A stretch of 64,000 nt of DNA from Nymphaea colorata (taxonomy: Eukaryota), in NCBI RefSeq assembly GCF_008831285.2, contig NC_045138.2:4898001-4962000 (forward strand). The letters are read 5' to 3'. Positions within the stretch are counted from its first letter, which is position 1. Each line of letters opens with the position of its first letter. Below, one piece after another: positions 10,848 through 23,000 of the stretch. The position numbers and the translations under genes are program-made. The notes under the pieces were generated by a model that made no database searches, was not told the origin of the DNA, and saw only the letters and a program-made list of their open reading frames with translations.

Positions 10848-13573
10848 ATGGTTGAAACTAGATCGCAAGCTAAGCAGACTCCTCAAAACGAGGCTTCATC
10901 CTCTGAACTCCGTCCAGAAACACTTGGCCTCCCAGCAATCAAGCCAGAAGCTTACTATATGTTTCGTTTGTTCATGGAGCGATTCATGAAAGAGCAAGAA
11001 GAGCAAAAGGCCTTGATGGTTACTCCAGAGCCGGATAATGAAAAGACTGCCAAGCAAAAAAGAAAGAAGAAAAATAAGTCTTTTGTTGAAAACCAGGATG
11101 AAGACTATTTGGGTTCAGATTCGGCAACTAGTAAAGAAGAAAAACCCGAACTGTTTTCTCTCATAAAGAAAAAGACAACAAAGAAAAATAAAAAGGGAAA
11201 AGATGTTATGATAGAAAACAGCCCACCCAAAAGGAAGAGAAAACCTACCAAGAAAGTCAAAAAGACAAAGAAATACATCACTAGCAACAGCTCAGACAGT
11301 GAGAGTTCTGAAGAAAAAGTAAAGGAGATCAAGGGCAAGAAGAAAAGACCAAGCCAGAATTGGTCGAATCAAGTGATGATGAAAGTCCGACTAAGCGCAG
11401 ATTCTATGAAATGGAGAAAAGAATGAACAATCTTGAGCTTAGGGGGAAGGGGAAACGTTCATACTCATGTGAGGACTACTACCTTGGCATTGAAGGGGAC
11501 GAAGACATGAAAGGCTTGCCCAGAGAATTCATCAGATATGATGGAACCACTTGTCTACACGTTCATCTTTCAACATTTTTCAATGATTGGTACAAAATTC
11601 AGACAAATAACAGAGCTTTGTTCTGATATTTTTCAAGAAGTCTTGAAGGCATTGCCGCACAATGGTATAAAGAAAATATCAATCCAATCGAGCTGAAGGA
11701 GTTTGACAAGTTGATTAACATGTTTGTTGAAAGATTTGAACAAAATGCTCCCATGGCTCCAACCCTCAGTACCATTTGCAGTCTTCGTCAGAAACAGGGA
11801 GAAAATACTTGAGAATTCATCCAAAAATGGATAATTCAATGCAATAAGATGAAGGAGCCCATTTCTGAGACAAAGCCTTGTCACTCATTAGGAAAAATCT
11901 TGCCCAACCCTTGAAAAGTCTCATCCGCAATGCCCCGATCAAAACCTTTGCTGAGTTGGTTGAACAGGCAAAATCGATAGAAGAAGGGATTGAGGAAGGA
12001 GATTTTGATGGAATTATTGCTCCTAAGTACAAAGAAGATGGAAAGAAATGAGGAATGACACAACTGCCTGCACAATTCATAGCCAATGCTGGTATTAGAA
12101 AGGACCATGATAATAACTACAAGCATGACAAGGGAGTCAGTTTCAAGAAGAACATAGTTTCTCAAAGGCGACGATGAAAGGAAAAATAAACAACCAGGTT
12201 GGAGCTACGACCGGAAATTCACTCATCTGAGCCAGTCTCGGGAGAAGATCCTGGAATACCTTCTCGCCAAAGGAACTATCGTCTTGCCAAAAGTATCAGA
12301 GCCTCCGAAAATGATGGGAGGAAATAAAGAAAAACTGTGCAAGTTTCATCGTACCCCTGGTCATGACACTGAGGATTGTTTTGTCCTCAAAAATATTATT
12401 CAAGACTTTATCAACAAAGATCTCAAGATTTGTGATGATAGCACCCCTGAGATACTAAGGAATCCATTCCCTGACCATGGAAAGGCGGCAGTAGCCATGA
12501 TCACTACAGGCACTCCACTTCCGTACCATCCACAAGAGCACATTCAACCTTATATTGGGAGCAGTTCACACAAAGTCATGGTGGTAGACCAATGTAAGGA
12601 ACCTCTAGATTTCATTGCTATGATGAATGGCAGGATAGAAAGTTTGCCCAAGAAACTTCCCATGATTCCAAAGACTTTTATCTTACAAGGCGACGAATCA
12701 TCAAATGACTCCTCAGATGAAGATCCCTGCTATTTGGACGTTCTCCCCTTGGAAAAGCGTATGGATGAGGGAGACTCGATTCAAGATTCTAAAAATCAGT
12801 CAATTACCTTCTCAAAAAAAGACCTCTCAAAATGGGGATATTTCCATGAAGATGCTCTTTACATCGTTGTTCAGTTCAATGGGATGACGGTGCCACATGT
12901 TTTGGTTTATGAAGGAAGTGGTTTGAATATTTGTCCTGATCTCACGGCTAAAACATTGGGGTTTCATGAAAACAAATATCGTTCTGATAATACCAAGATC
13001 TACGGATACGATGGCCGAGGCATGAACAGCAAAGGTACCCTCGACATGAATGTGATCATTGAAAATACTAGCCATTGCATTGTATTTCATGTGATAGATG
13101 TACCACCATCATACAACCTGCTTTTGGGACGACCTTGGATCCATCAAGTACGAAGGATCCCATCCACTCTTCATCAATGCCTGAAATGGAATTTTGGTCC
13201 ATCAGTCATCACTGTCCGTGCTGAGGATCCGGTCGAGAGGTTGATGCAACCTATGCTCCCTCGGCCAATTGATCTGGTAGATGTACCGAACATAAGAACA
13301 ACAAAGGACAGACCTTTGGAAGAATAGATGCAGAACATGGAGATAAGGGAACCATCCGGGAATGCTTATACTATTTCAAGCAATCATGCAAGTTACCAAG
13401 AACACCTATTGTATGTTCATTTCATGAAAAACCCCAAGGGTTTTCAGTTGCTTCTGAAAGGTGGCTACCGTCCATTCACTGGCCTTGGGAAAAATGAAGA
13501 TGGCATCTTGCAACCGATTAGCATCTCTTTTCAGATGAACATGAGAGGACTGGGATATCATGAAGGAATTTGA
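10848..13573 (+). pseudogene. Ogre-like gag, aspartic protease and G-patch (frameshifted, with stops)
   Basis: MVETRSQ start, Lys-rich tract, RYDGTTCLHVHL (gag), CKFHRTPGHDTEDCFVLK knuckle, VLVYEGSGLNI and SYNLLLGRPWIH (protease), GYRPFTGLGKNEDG..RGLGY (G-patch). Confidence 0.9.
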
Positions 13574-13768
13574 AGAAGATCTTGGGGGCTAATAGTATTC
13601 ACTTTTGTTCCAAAATCCTCCCATGAATTTTGTAATTTTAAACATCTTTTTGTCTGGTCTCATGAGAGGACCCATTCTATGAACTAAGAACCTTTTTTTT
13701 ATATATGCAAATGCAAGTAATTTTTTGTTGTCAATTTCGTCCAACTCTTTCCTTTATCCTCTTTACAG

Positions 13769-16700
13769 GATGTCGGAACTCAATATGTCTCAATTTATTT
13801 TTTTCCACGAAAGTCCCCCCAGAAAGCATTTATCGATCAAGCAGTCGATGAAATGGAACCTATGGCAATACCCGAGTCAGAATTACCAGAATTCACTCAG
13901 ATTCAGAAACAAGAACATCTTTCATCTTTGGTGAATGATCCAATTGAAGAAATTAATATTGTAACCATTGAAGATCCTAAAATTCTTCAAATTGGCACCA
14001 GTTTGTCAGTGGATGAGAAGAAAAGATTGATGGACTTTCTTATAAGTAACCAAGAAGCTTTTGCTTGGACTTATGAAGATATGCCAGGCTTAGACCCCCA
14101 ATTGGTCGAACATTGTTTGCTCTTAAATCTTAATTACAAGTCGATTAAGCAAAAATTGCGCAAGCTTGACCCTCGACTAGAAGGCCCTGTAAAAGAAGGA
14201 CTAGAGGACTTGCTAAAGGCAAAATTTATTTGTGCCATCGATTACCCCGAATGGTTGGCGAACATCGTGGTGGTCCCCAAGAAAAATGGCAAAGTTAGGT
14301 TGTGCATCGACTTTCGAGACTTGAACAAAGCCACACCGAAGGATGATTATCCTCTTCCAAACATTGATCTGTTGGTAGACAGTACTGCAGGCCATGCAAT
14401 GTTTTCTTTCATGGATGGATATTCGGGATATAATCAAAACAAATTAGCAGTCAAAGATCAACCTAAGACCGCTTTTACTACACGCTGGGGTACTTTTTGT
14501 TACACGGTAATGCCATTCAGGTTGAAGAATGCTGGAGCAACCTATCAAAGAGCCATGACCGCCATCTTCCATGACCAGATGCATAAAATCATGGATGCAT
14601 ATATCGATGACATATTGATCAAATCCAAGACAAGAGAAAATCACATTGAAACTCTTGCCCAAGTATTCGAGAGGCTTTTACAATACAAGCTTCGCCTGAA
14701 TCCTCAAAAATGTGTGTTTGGGGTTGAGTCAGGCAAACTGTTGGGTTTCATGGTTAGTAAGAAGGGAATTGAAATGGATCTTACAAAAGCTAAGGCAATA
14801 ATTGATATGCCACCACCTACCAATATCAAGGAGTTGCGAAGCTTGCAAGGACGAATCCAATCCATCAGACGATTCATTTCTAATTTGGCCATGAGATGCG
14901 AGCCATTCAACCAGCTACTGAGGAAAGGTGTTAAGTTTGAATGGGGTTTTGAATGCCAACAGTCATTCGAAAGGATCAAGAAATACCTTCTAAATTCACC
15001 AATTCTAAAACCGCCAACGTTGGGCAGACCATTGCTGCTTTACATCACAGTGAATGAGTCAGCATGTGGCGGCTTTTTGGCACAATATGAGGAAGGAAGT
15101 CGCATCGAACATGCAATCTATTACATTAGCAAGACTTTTGTTCAGTACGAAAAGAAGTACTCTCCAATAGAGAAAACTTGTCTGGCATTGGTTTGGATGT
15201 GTCAGAAGTTGAGACATTATTTATTAGCTTTTGAGGTCCAGATACTCTCCAAACTAAATCCTCTCAAGTACATCTTGGAACAACCATTCCTTAATGGGCG
15301 TATCGAAAAATGGCAAGTTCTGTTGATGCAATATGATCTTGAATATGTGTCTCAAAAGTCAATCAAAGGACAAGCAATTGCGGATCAGTTAGCAGACTTC
15401 CCTCAGTACGAAGAAATCAGAACAAATGATGAGTTTCCAGATGAACATGTACTAAGATTGAAAATGGGTCCGACATTGAAGATGTACTTTGATGGGTCCA
15501 GAAATATGATGGGAGCAGGCATAGGCATCTTACTCATCACTCCAGAAAGCGAAATGATCTCGTACTCTTTGAAACTTGATTTTCCATGAACATGGCTGAA
15601 TATGAAGCCCTCATACAAGGACTTTGTTCTTTATTGAGTTTTCAAGTGAAAAGAGTGAATGCCTTCAGCGACTCTCAGCTTATTATAAATCAAGTGAATG
15701 GAGAATGGCAAGTCAAAGATGAAAAGTTGGTGCCATATCAAGAAATTGCTACCTCCTTAATCTGTCAATTCGAAGAAGTACAATTGGCTCACGTAAAGAG
15801 AGAAGGTAACCCTATTGCGGATGGCCTCGCGAGCTTAGGATCGACCATCACTTTTCGAACCAATGAAGCAATCCGTTCTTTTGAAATTGGAAGATTAGAA
15901 CACCCTGTTTTTAAAACGATGGCGCATGTTCATCATATTCAAGGGGGAAATACGCCTTGGTACCATGACATCAAAAGGTACATTGAAAGCAGAGAATTTC
16001 TGACTGAAATGTCTAAAAATGAACAAAAAGCAATACTATGTCAGTGAGGTACTTTATCCTAGCAGGGGTATTATATAGACGTGGATTTAGCACTGAATAC
16101 ATTCGGTGCCTTGATGAAGATGAGGCAAAGAAAGTAATCGAAGAATCACATCGAGGAGATTGTGGAGGCCATGTTGGTTACCAAACCCTCACCAAACAAA
16201 TAATTCGAGCAGGGTATTATTGGCCTACCATGCAAAAAGATTGTCACCAATTTGTCAAAAAATGCAAAGAATGCCAACTGCATGCTTCAGTAATTCATGC
16301 CCCAGCCTCTCACTTGCATTCTGTGACATCTCCTTGGCCATTTTCAATGTGGGCCTTTGACGTAGTTGGACCGATATCCCCTGCAGCTTCTAACGGCCAT
16401 AAGTATTTTCTTGCTGCAACAGATTATTTTACCAAGTGGGTAGAAGTCGTCACACTCAGAACAGTGGAAGGACGTCATGTAGTGTCCTTCATTCACAAAA
16501 ATCTTCTTTGCAGATTTGGAGTCCCTCATGATATAGTATCAGACAACGGAACTCATTTCAAGAATGAAAAGATGAGGCAATTGTGCAGCAAGTACCACAT
16601 CACGCACCATTTTTCAGCTCCTTATTACCCCCAAAGCAATGGACAAGCAGAGGCTACCAACAAGATCCTGATCCGCATCTTGGAACGGATAGTAGAAACT

Positions 16701-17151
16701 GGAAAAGATTGGCATGAAAAGATGCACAACGCTCTATGGGCATATCGCACCATTATGAGAACTCCAACAAATGCCACTCCAGCAGAGCTAGTCTATGGAA
16801 CAGAAGTGGTTCTACCATTACATGTGTTGAAACCTGCTTTGAAGTTCGCTTCTCTCATAGAGCTCCCTCTTACTCAATATCAACAAAAAATGCTAATGCA
16901 ACTCGATAATTTGCCAAGTCAGTTAATTTGCCAAGTCAGTTATCGAGAGACAGTTCAAAGTGAATGATTCGGTCCTACGATCTGCAGTGTACCTGAGAGG
17001 ACAACCACGAGGCAAGTAGGCACCAAATTGGGAAGGCTCATATGTCATTAAGGAAGCTTTGCCCCACAATTCATACCGACTAATTGATGCTGATGGGGTG
17101 GAATTTGCCGATCCTGTTAATGCGTTTCACCTCAAGAAATTTTATGCCTAG
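13769..17151 (+). pseudogene. Ogre-like pol: RT, RNase H, archaeal-type RNase H (aRH), integrase
   Basis: VRLCIDFRDLNKA, YIDD, MYFDGS..NMAEYEALIQGL..DSQLIINQV..ADGLA (aRH), HRGDCGGH..CKEC, FDVVGP/VSDNG/GQAE (integrase), ending HLKKFYA* at 17151. Frameshifts near 15587, 16040 and 16990. Confidence 0.95.
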
Positions 17152-17303
17152 TTCTCTTGTATTCATTTTCCAATCAATGTCAAACATTTGTGTTTCCACA
17201 ACGACTATTCAATCTAGATTCTTCCCAATTGTAAAACATGACAATTACACTGGGGCATTTTTATTTTTATTTTTATTTTATTATTATCGCTCAGGGCTTG
17301 AGA

Positions 17304-17592
17304 GCAACCCGTGCAGGTAAAGGGTTAAACCTGCAATATGAGGGCAATCCATACAGGCAAGGGGTTAAACCTGCAATGCTAGCCAAAGCAACCCATGCAG
17401 GCAAAGGGGTTAAACCTGTGCTACAAGCCAAAGCAACCCACACAGTTAAAGGGTTCAACTTGTGATGCAAGTCAAGGCAACCCATTCAGGGGGTTAAACC
17501 TGAATTTGAAATCGGCAAACCCATGCAGGCAAAGGGTTAAACCTGCAATTTAAGCTCAAACAACCCATTCAGGTAAGGGGTAAAGCCTGAAA
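17304..17592 (+). repeat. Seven tandem ~38-45 bp repeats in the retrotransposon 3' UTR
   Basis: Units start at 17304, 17344, 17388, 17433, 17477, 17515 and 17560; consensus gcAACCCaTGCAGGyaaaGGGTTaaaCCTGCA plus a short variable linker. Confidence 0.95.
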
Positions 17593-17686
17593 CATCTCTA
17601 TGAAAATGTCTTATTTGAAAAATTTGTGGCGTTTATCTTTGTCACTAAACACGGCTAACACCGGCTTATTAACAAAGAGGGGCATC

Positions 17687-20049
17687 TGTAATCACCCCAA
17701 ATTTTTTTAAAGGACTATGATGTTTCATCCAAGTGCGAGATTCAAATTTAGGAACAAGAATTTCAAAATACAACTTTCAGATCCAAATTAAATCCAAAAT
17801 ACTACTCTTAAATCCAAATTAAATCCAAATTACAACTTTCAGATCCAAATTAAATCCAAAATACTACTTTCAGATCCAAATTAAATCCAAAATACTACTC
17901 TTAGATCCAAATTAAATCTAAAATACTACTTTCAGATCCAAAACTCAAGTTCAGATCCAAATCAATCATTTAAGACTAATTTGCCCTTCCTTTTGACCAA
18001 AAACCTCCTTTTAGAAGGTGATTTTAGTCTTTTTGAAAAATAAGACCAATTTACCCCTCCTTTTGACCAAAAAACATCCTTTTAGAGGGTGATTTTAGTC
18101 TTTTAGAGGGCTAAAGAAGGTAGCTTTCAATCTCTTTTTAGAGACAATAGGCTATACTCAAAGTGCACCGGAAACATGGAAAGATGAGATGATCTTTCAT
18201 TTTAATTATGTTCTCTCTTTTCATGAATACATTCTTATTGTTCTTTTGTTTCCTCTTATTTTCCTTTATTCATTATTTCTCCATGACCAAAAGAGATAGC
18301 TCTCAATCTCTATTTTACAGTCAAGAGGCTATACTCAAGTGCACTAGGAACATGAGAAGATGAGGTGGTATATCAATTCATAGTAACATCATGTCTTCCC
18401 TCGTAATTGAACTTTACTTTTTCCATCATCATCTTTCTTTCTTTCCTTCCTTGAATGTTATCTATATATTATGCATGTATAGTTGTTTGGTTATTTATTT
18501 ACATGTGAATGTATGGCGGGAATGAGAGTGTGGTTTGGGGACTCTTTGTTTTCATATTAATTTTTGAGGTTGGGACTTGTCCAACCTGGGATAACCCTCA
18601 CGAAAATGTACATGTTAATATGCATTTCCATGTCATTTTGCGCTAATTTCCTTTTTAATCATCATATTAGGAACCCTAACGAGTGCCTCGTTATGTTGCT
18701 TGTTTTCTTCCATACCCAACGGTGGAAGAAATATATCTCTTACAACAAACTAAATAATAACATTCTATGTTTATATAAATCATATTTTCCAAAACATTTT
18801 AAAAAAGAACCTTCTAACATGGCCTTAGGGACTTAGCTTAGACTCTTGCATGAGTCCAAGCTCCCCTCTAGCCCATATCAAACTTGAAGTTGGTAATTTT
18901 AAGTTGTTCCTTGATTTTTCTAATCTTGTGAAGGTATGGATGTATACACATGTTATATACATTTATGCCAACATGATGACCCCATCTTTCTCTCTCTATG
19001 CTTTCATTTTCTATTTTATAAATTTTCATATGTGCATGAATATGTATGTACATGTGCTCCACTTCCTCTCTTTCAAATATTTATTTCTCTTTTCAAGACA
19101 AATATCTTCTCTTATAAAATTTCTCATACCCATATATGCGTATGATATTTTTCTTTTCCTCTAAAATCTCTCTTTCTCTTCGAATCAATACATCTTTTTC
19201 TCTTAAGCTTTCATATATGTGTATATGTAATGGTATGTACACATGTATGCATGTCTTTCTCTATATCTCTCTCTTTCCTTTCATAAGAGTGTTTTATTTC
19301 TTGTATTCTTTTTAACATTCTCATCTCATGAACTTTCTATATACCAACTTCAATAAAACCACAAACCAAGTAATGACCCAATATTAGAATCATGCTTGAT
19401 TGTCTACAATCCCTATCCCTTTTCAAAAAACTTTTCCTTCTTATATACAATAATTATAACAACGAAATCTTAGATGTATGCTGTGGTAGGAATGACATTA
19501 GATGAATGTTGTGGTAGGAATGTTTTACATTTTTTTAATCATATAGGGTAAATGCATCCATGCATTCTCACCCACTTTAGTTCACTTATGATCACAAGCA
19601 CCTTTCCAAAAAAACTTAAGCAAGAAGGGATGGAGCTCTAACTAGGTGGTAACCGAATTAGAGCAAAATCTCAAACCTACTTAAAGTCTTAAGAGAACAC
19701 TAAAGTGATTTCAAAATGATTTCACAAGTTTTGCAAATGATATTTACTAGTTCCACTTTTTCCTCAAAACATTTCACATTTTCAAGCAATTCTTCAAGAA
19801 CATTTTCAAAAGTTTGAAACTTTAAACTTTCAATATTTTCTACACCGCATATAGAATCAAAAAGATGTTTAAGTTAAAACGAAATGCATCAATGATAAAT
19901 ATAGTCCTTGAGTTGATTACCCCCGGTAAAGCTGCCGGGAACGGTCAACCCTCGTACCAATGGGCGAGTCTCTTTCTTTCCTCTTTCAAAACAAAAACCT
20001 CACTTTTCTGGAGCACTCCAAAACAAATGAAAATTTTGAGATGCAAACA
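17687..20049 (+). repeat. 3' LTR of the Ogre-like element (~2.36 kb)
   Basis: Starts TGTAATCACCCCAAA just after the PPT and ends TTTTGAGATGCAAACA (imperfect terminal inverted repeat). Homologous to 550-2997. Confidence 0.88.
17766..17960 (+). repeat. ~31-bp minisatellite (about 6 copies) near the LTR 5' end
   Basis: Repeated aaatactactttcagatccaaattaaatcca. Confidence 0.9.
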
Positions 20050-23000
20050 CATACGTATTTCTTTTACATTCTTTTGAATATCTTTCTCCCAAGATCTAAG
20101 GTTTTGACTTTTCATTTGTCGACTTCATCAATTACAAAAATCAAGTAATGACCCAATATTGGAATCATGGTTGATGATCTACAATCTCATTCTTTCTTTC
20201 AAAAAAATTTCTCTTTTCATAACAATATTTATGCTAAACTTATAAATAAAACTGAGAAACTTGGATATATGTGGTGGTATGAATGCTGTTAGATGAATGT
20301 CATGATAGGAATGAATGATGTCTTTCTAATTATGTTGGATCTATGCATTCATACATTCACTTTCGCTTAACATCACGAATGATTACAAGCACCATTCGAA
20401 AAGAACTTAAGCAAGATGAGATGGAACTCTAAGTAGTAACCAAATTAAAGCAAAATATCAAACCAACTTAAAGTCTTAAAGAGAACATTAAAGTGACTTC
20501 AAAAAGTGATATCCAAAGTTTTTCAAATGATATTTGTCTATATTTCTTAATTCAAAATTTTTCAAATAAAAAATGTTTTACAATCTCAAATGATTCTTCA
20601 AAATTTTTTTAAAATATTGATACATCAAATCTTCAACATTTTCTCAAATACTACACTGCATATAGAATGAAAAGATGTTTAAGTCAAGACGAAATGCATC
20701 AAGAATAAGCACAGCCCTTGCAATGGTTACCACCAGTAAAGGTGCCGGAATGGTCGTTCCTCGTACCAACAGCGAGTTCCTTTCTTTCTCAGTTTAAAAA
20801 TAAAACCTCATTTTTCTGGAGCACTCCAAAAACCAAAATAAATTCTTGGGGATGCGAACAGATAGCAACTATGATGGGACTCATCATTGTTGGGCTATAA
20901 TTATCATTTGTGCATTTCCACAAACTTGAACATCTCTCATATTGTCTATGATAAAGCATGTTCCCTTCTTTGGCCTTGACCCTGTTGGCGTTTCATTACA
21001 TTGTTTGGTGATTGTGTTTGCTCTCTTATAGTAAAACTAATTGAGGAGAATCAATCATGTTCACCTAGATATAAGATCAAATACAACCCTCTTCAATTTA
21101 AAACTTGATAGAAAACAGTGTTCACTCTTCGTATTATTTTAATCATCATCTTAGGAGACATTGCATTAGAGACAATCAATTTTTCAAGTTTGCACATATT
21201 TCAAAAAACTTTCAACAGCCATTTGTCCCGGCCATCATGTTGTTGGACTTGGTCTTAGGTAGTAGCGTAAGACTAATTCTTACAATTAAACCACACCTTG
21301 GGCGGAAAAGCCCTCTCATTAGTACCATGAGTGGTAACTTGTGGTATATTGACCGGTGACCAAGGAAAAATGAGAAACTCAGTTCTTAATTGCCTAATGA
21401 AAGAGTCTATGTTCTTGCTAAACTTCTTGGCTAAGGTATATTGGCATATCTTATATGGAATGATCATAATTGATTAAACTAAACTTAATTAGGGTCATAT
21501 GCTTCTATTTCATTTAGATTTAATTCCTAGGCCCTTAAGCCCAATCCTAGACACAAAATAAATTCATGACTAGTCGATCCAAAATGAATCTCTAAACCTT
21601 TGCTCGGTGCCAAAAAACAAAATTCAAATTCAAGCTCTATTTTACATGCAAGATTCAAACCCAAAATCCAACTCTTGGTTCCAAATTAGATCCAAAACAC
21701 AAGTTTAGATCTAAATCGAGAATTTCAAACTCAAAATCCAAAGCCGAAATCAAAACGACAAAATTTGATGCTATCAAGCACCGCACTTGCACGTGCAAAC
21801 CTTCTCTTTTGTTTTATGTCTCGTCCTCGTACCAAAAATATGTTTTTGATGCTTAAACCTCTCACTAGAACGCATCAGCGACCGATTGAACTCAATACGT
21901 ATTTAATACGAGCCCAAAATCGCTTAAAACAGAATCAACCAACCATTTTATTGTTGCATACAAGACAATAAGGAGGGTGTTTCCCCCCTCCTCTACCCCC
22001 CCCCCCCCCCCCCCGCGTTTTTTATGCAAACTCGGTGAATAGGGCTGCACCAACATGCTACCTCACACAATCGCATGAGAGCGTGTGCCATCGGGTGCAA
22101 GCGTGTGTGCAAACGCCTAGCGTGCCGAGACCTCCCTTTTTGTTGAAAAACTGGCCCTTGGGGGGGTAGTTTTGGCCCCTTTGGGTGGGCAATAGCCTTG
22201 CCCACACCCCAAAGGGGTGTCTGCACGGCTAACGGCCAATCCCACTTGGTCAAAGTCTATTTAAAAAAAAAATCAAAGTCATTCAAAAATGTTTGAAATT
22301 CACATGAAAATGTTGTTAAATTCAAAAAAAATGAATTTTGAATTTTGGATCCCAAACTCTTTATATAGATACCCCCACAATCTTCCATCTTGGGCATGGG
22401 TTAACCCTTGAGAAATTTTTAATGTTTCTTCACTTGAAGCTTTAGAATTTTATTCTCCATTTCTTTCTTCTTTTCTTCTTCTTCTTCTTCAAGTTCCAAC
22501 TCTTCAAGAGAACATGAGAAGATACTATAGATATGTAGTTTTTTTTTTTTTTCCTCCCTTCTTCATCTCCCATGGCCATGTAAAATAGTTCTCAAATCTC
22601 CTCTTTGGAGTAAAGAGCTATTTTTCGAGTGCTCCGGGAGGGTGAGAAGGTGAAATATGATTTCATTTTAGGAGAGAAACATGTTTTGTCTTAAATGTTA
22701 GATTTGCTTTGATATATTCTTTATACATAGTTGATTGATTTTTCTCATTTATATACGAACGAATGGTCAGAATATGTTTGGGTTGCAATTTTTCATTGTT
22801 AAGTTGATTTTTGAGGTTGGCATTTGTCCAACCAGAGAAAACTCTCACAAATATGTATATGTTAATATGCATTTTCAAGTCATTATCATATTTAGTTTCT
22901 TTTTTAACCACCTAACTAGGAACTCCAATGAGCACGTTATTACGTTGCTTTCGTTCCATGTATATTTGATTTCTCTCATACCCAATGGTGGGAGAAATAT

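Larger units (their letters stand above)
10290..20049 (+). mobile_element. Ogre-like (Tat clade) Ty3/gypsy LTR retrotransposon; 5' end hidden by the gap
   Basis: Extra ORF upstream of gag, then gag-protease-G-patch, an AT-rich spacer, RT-RH-aRH-INT, a repeat-bearing 3' UTR, PPT aacaaagagggg (17671-17682) and 3' LTR TGT...ACA (17687-20049). Confidence 0.92.

Noticed and set aside
17304..17592. CRISPR-like repeat-spacer array
   Set aside because: Linkers are short (about 10-15 nt) and related to one another, the context is a plant retrotransposon, and there are no cas genes.
20880..21470. Copia gag remnant on the minus strand
   Set aside because: Motif similarity is too weak; the position after an Ogre-type PBS is better explained as Ogre internal sequence.
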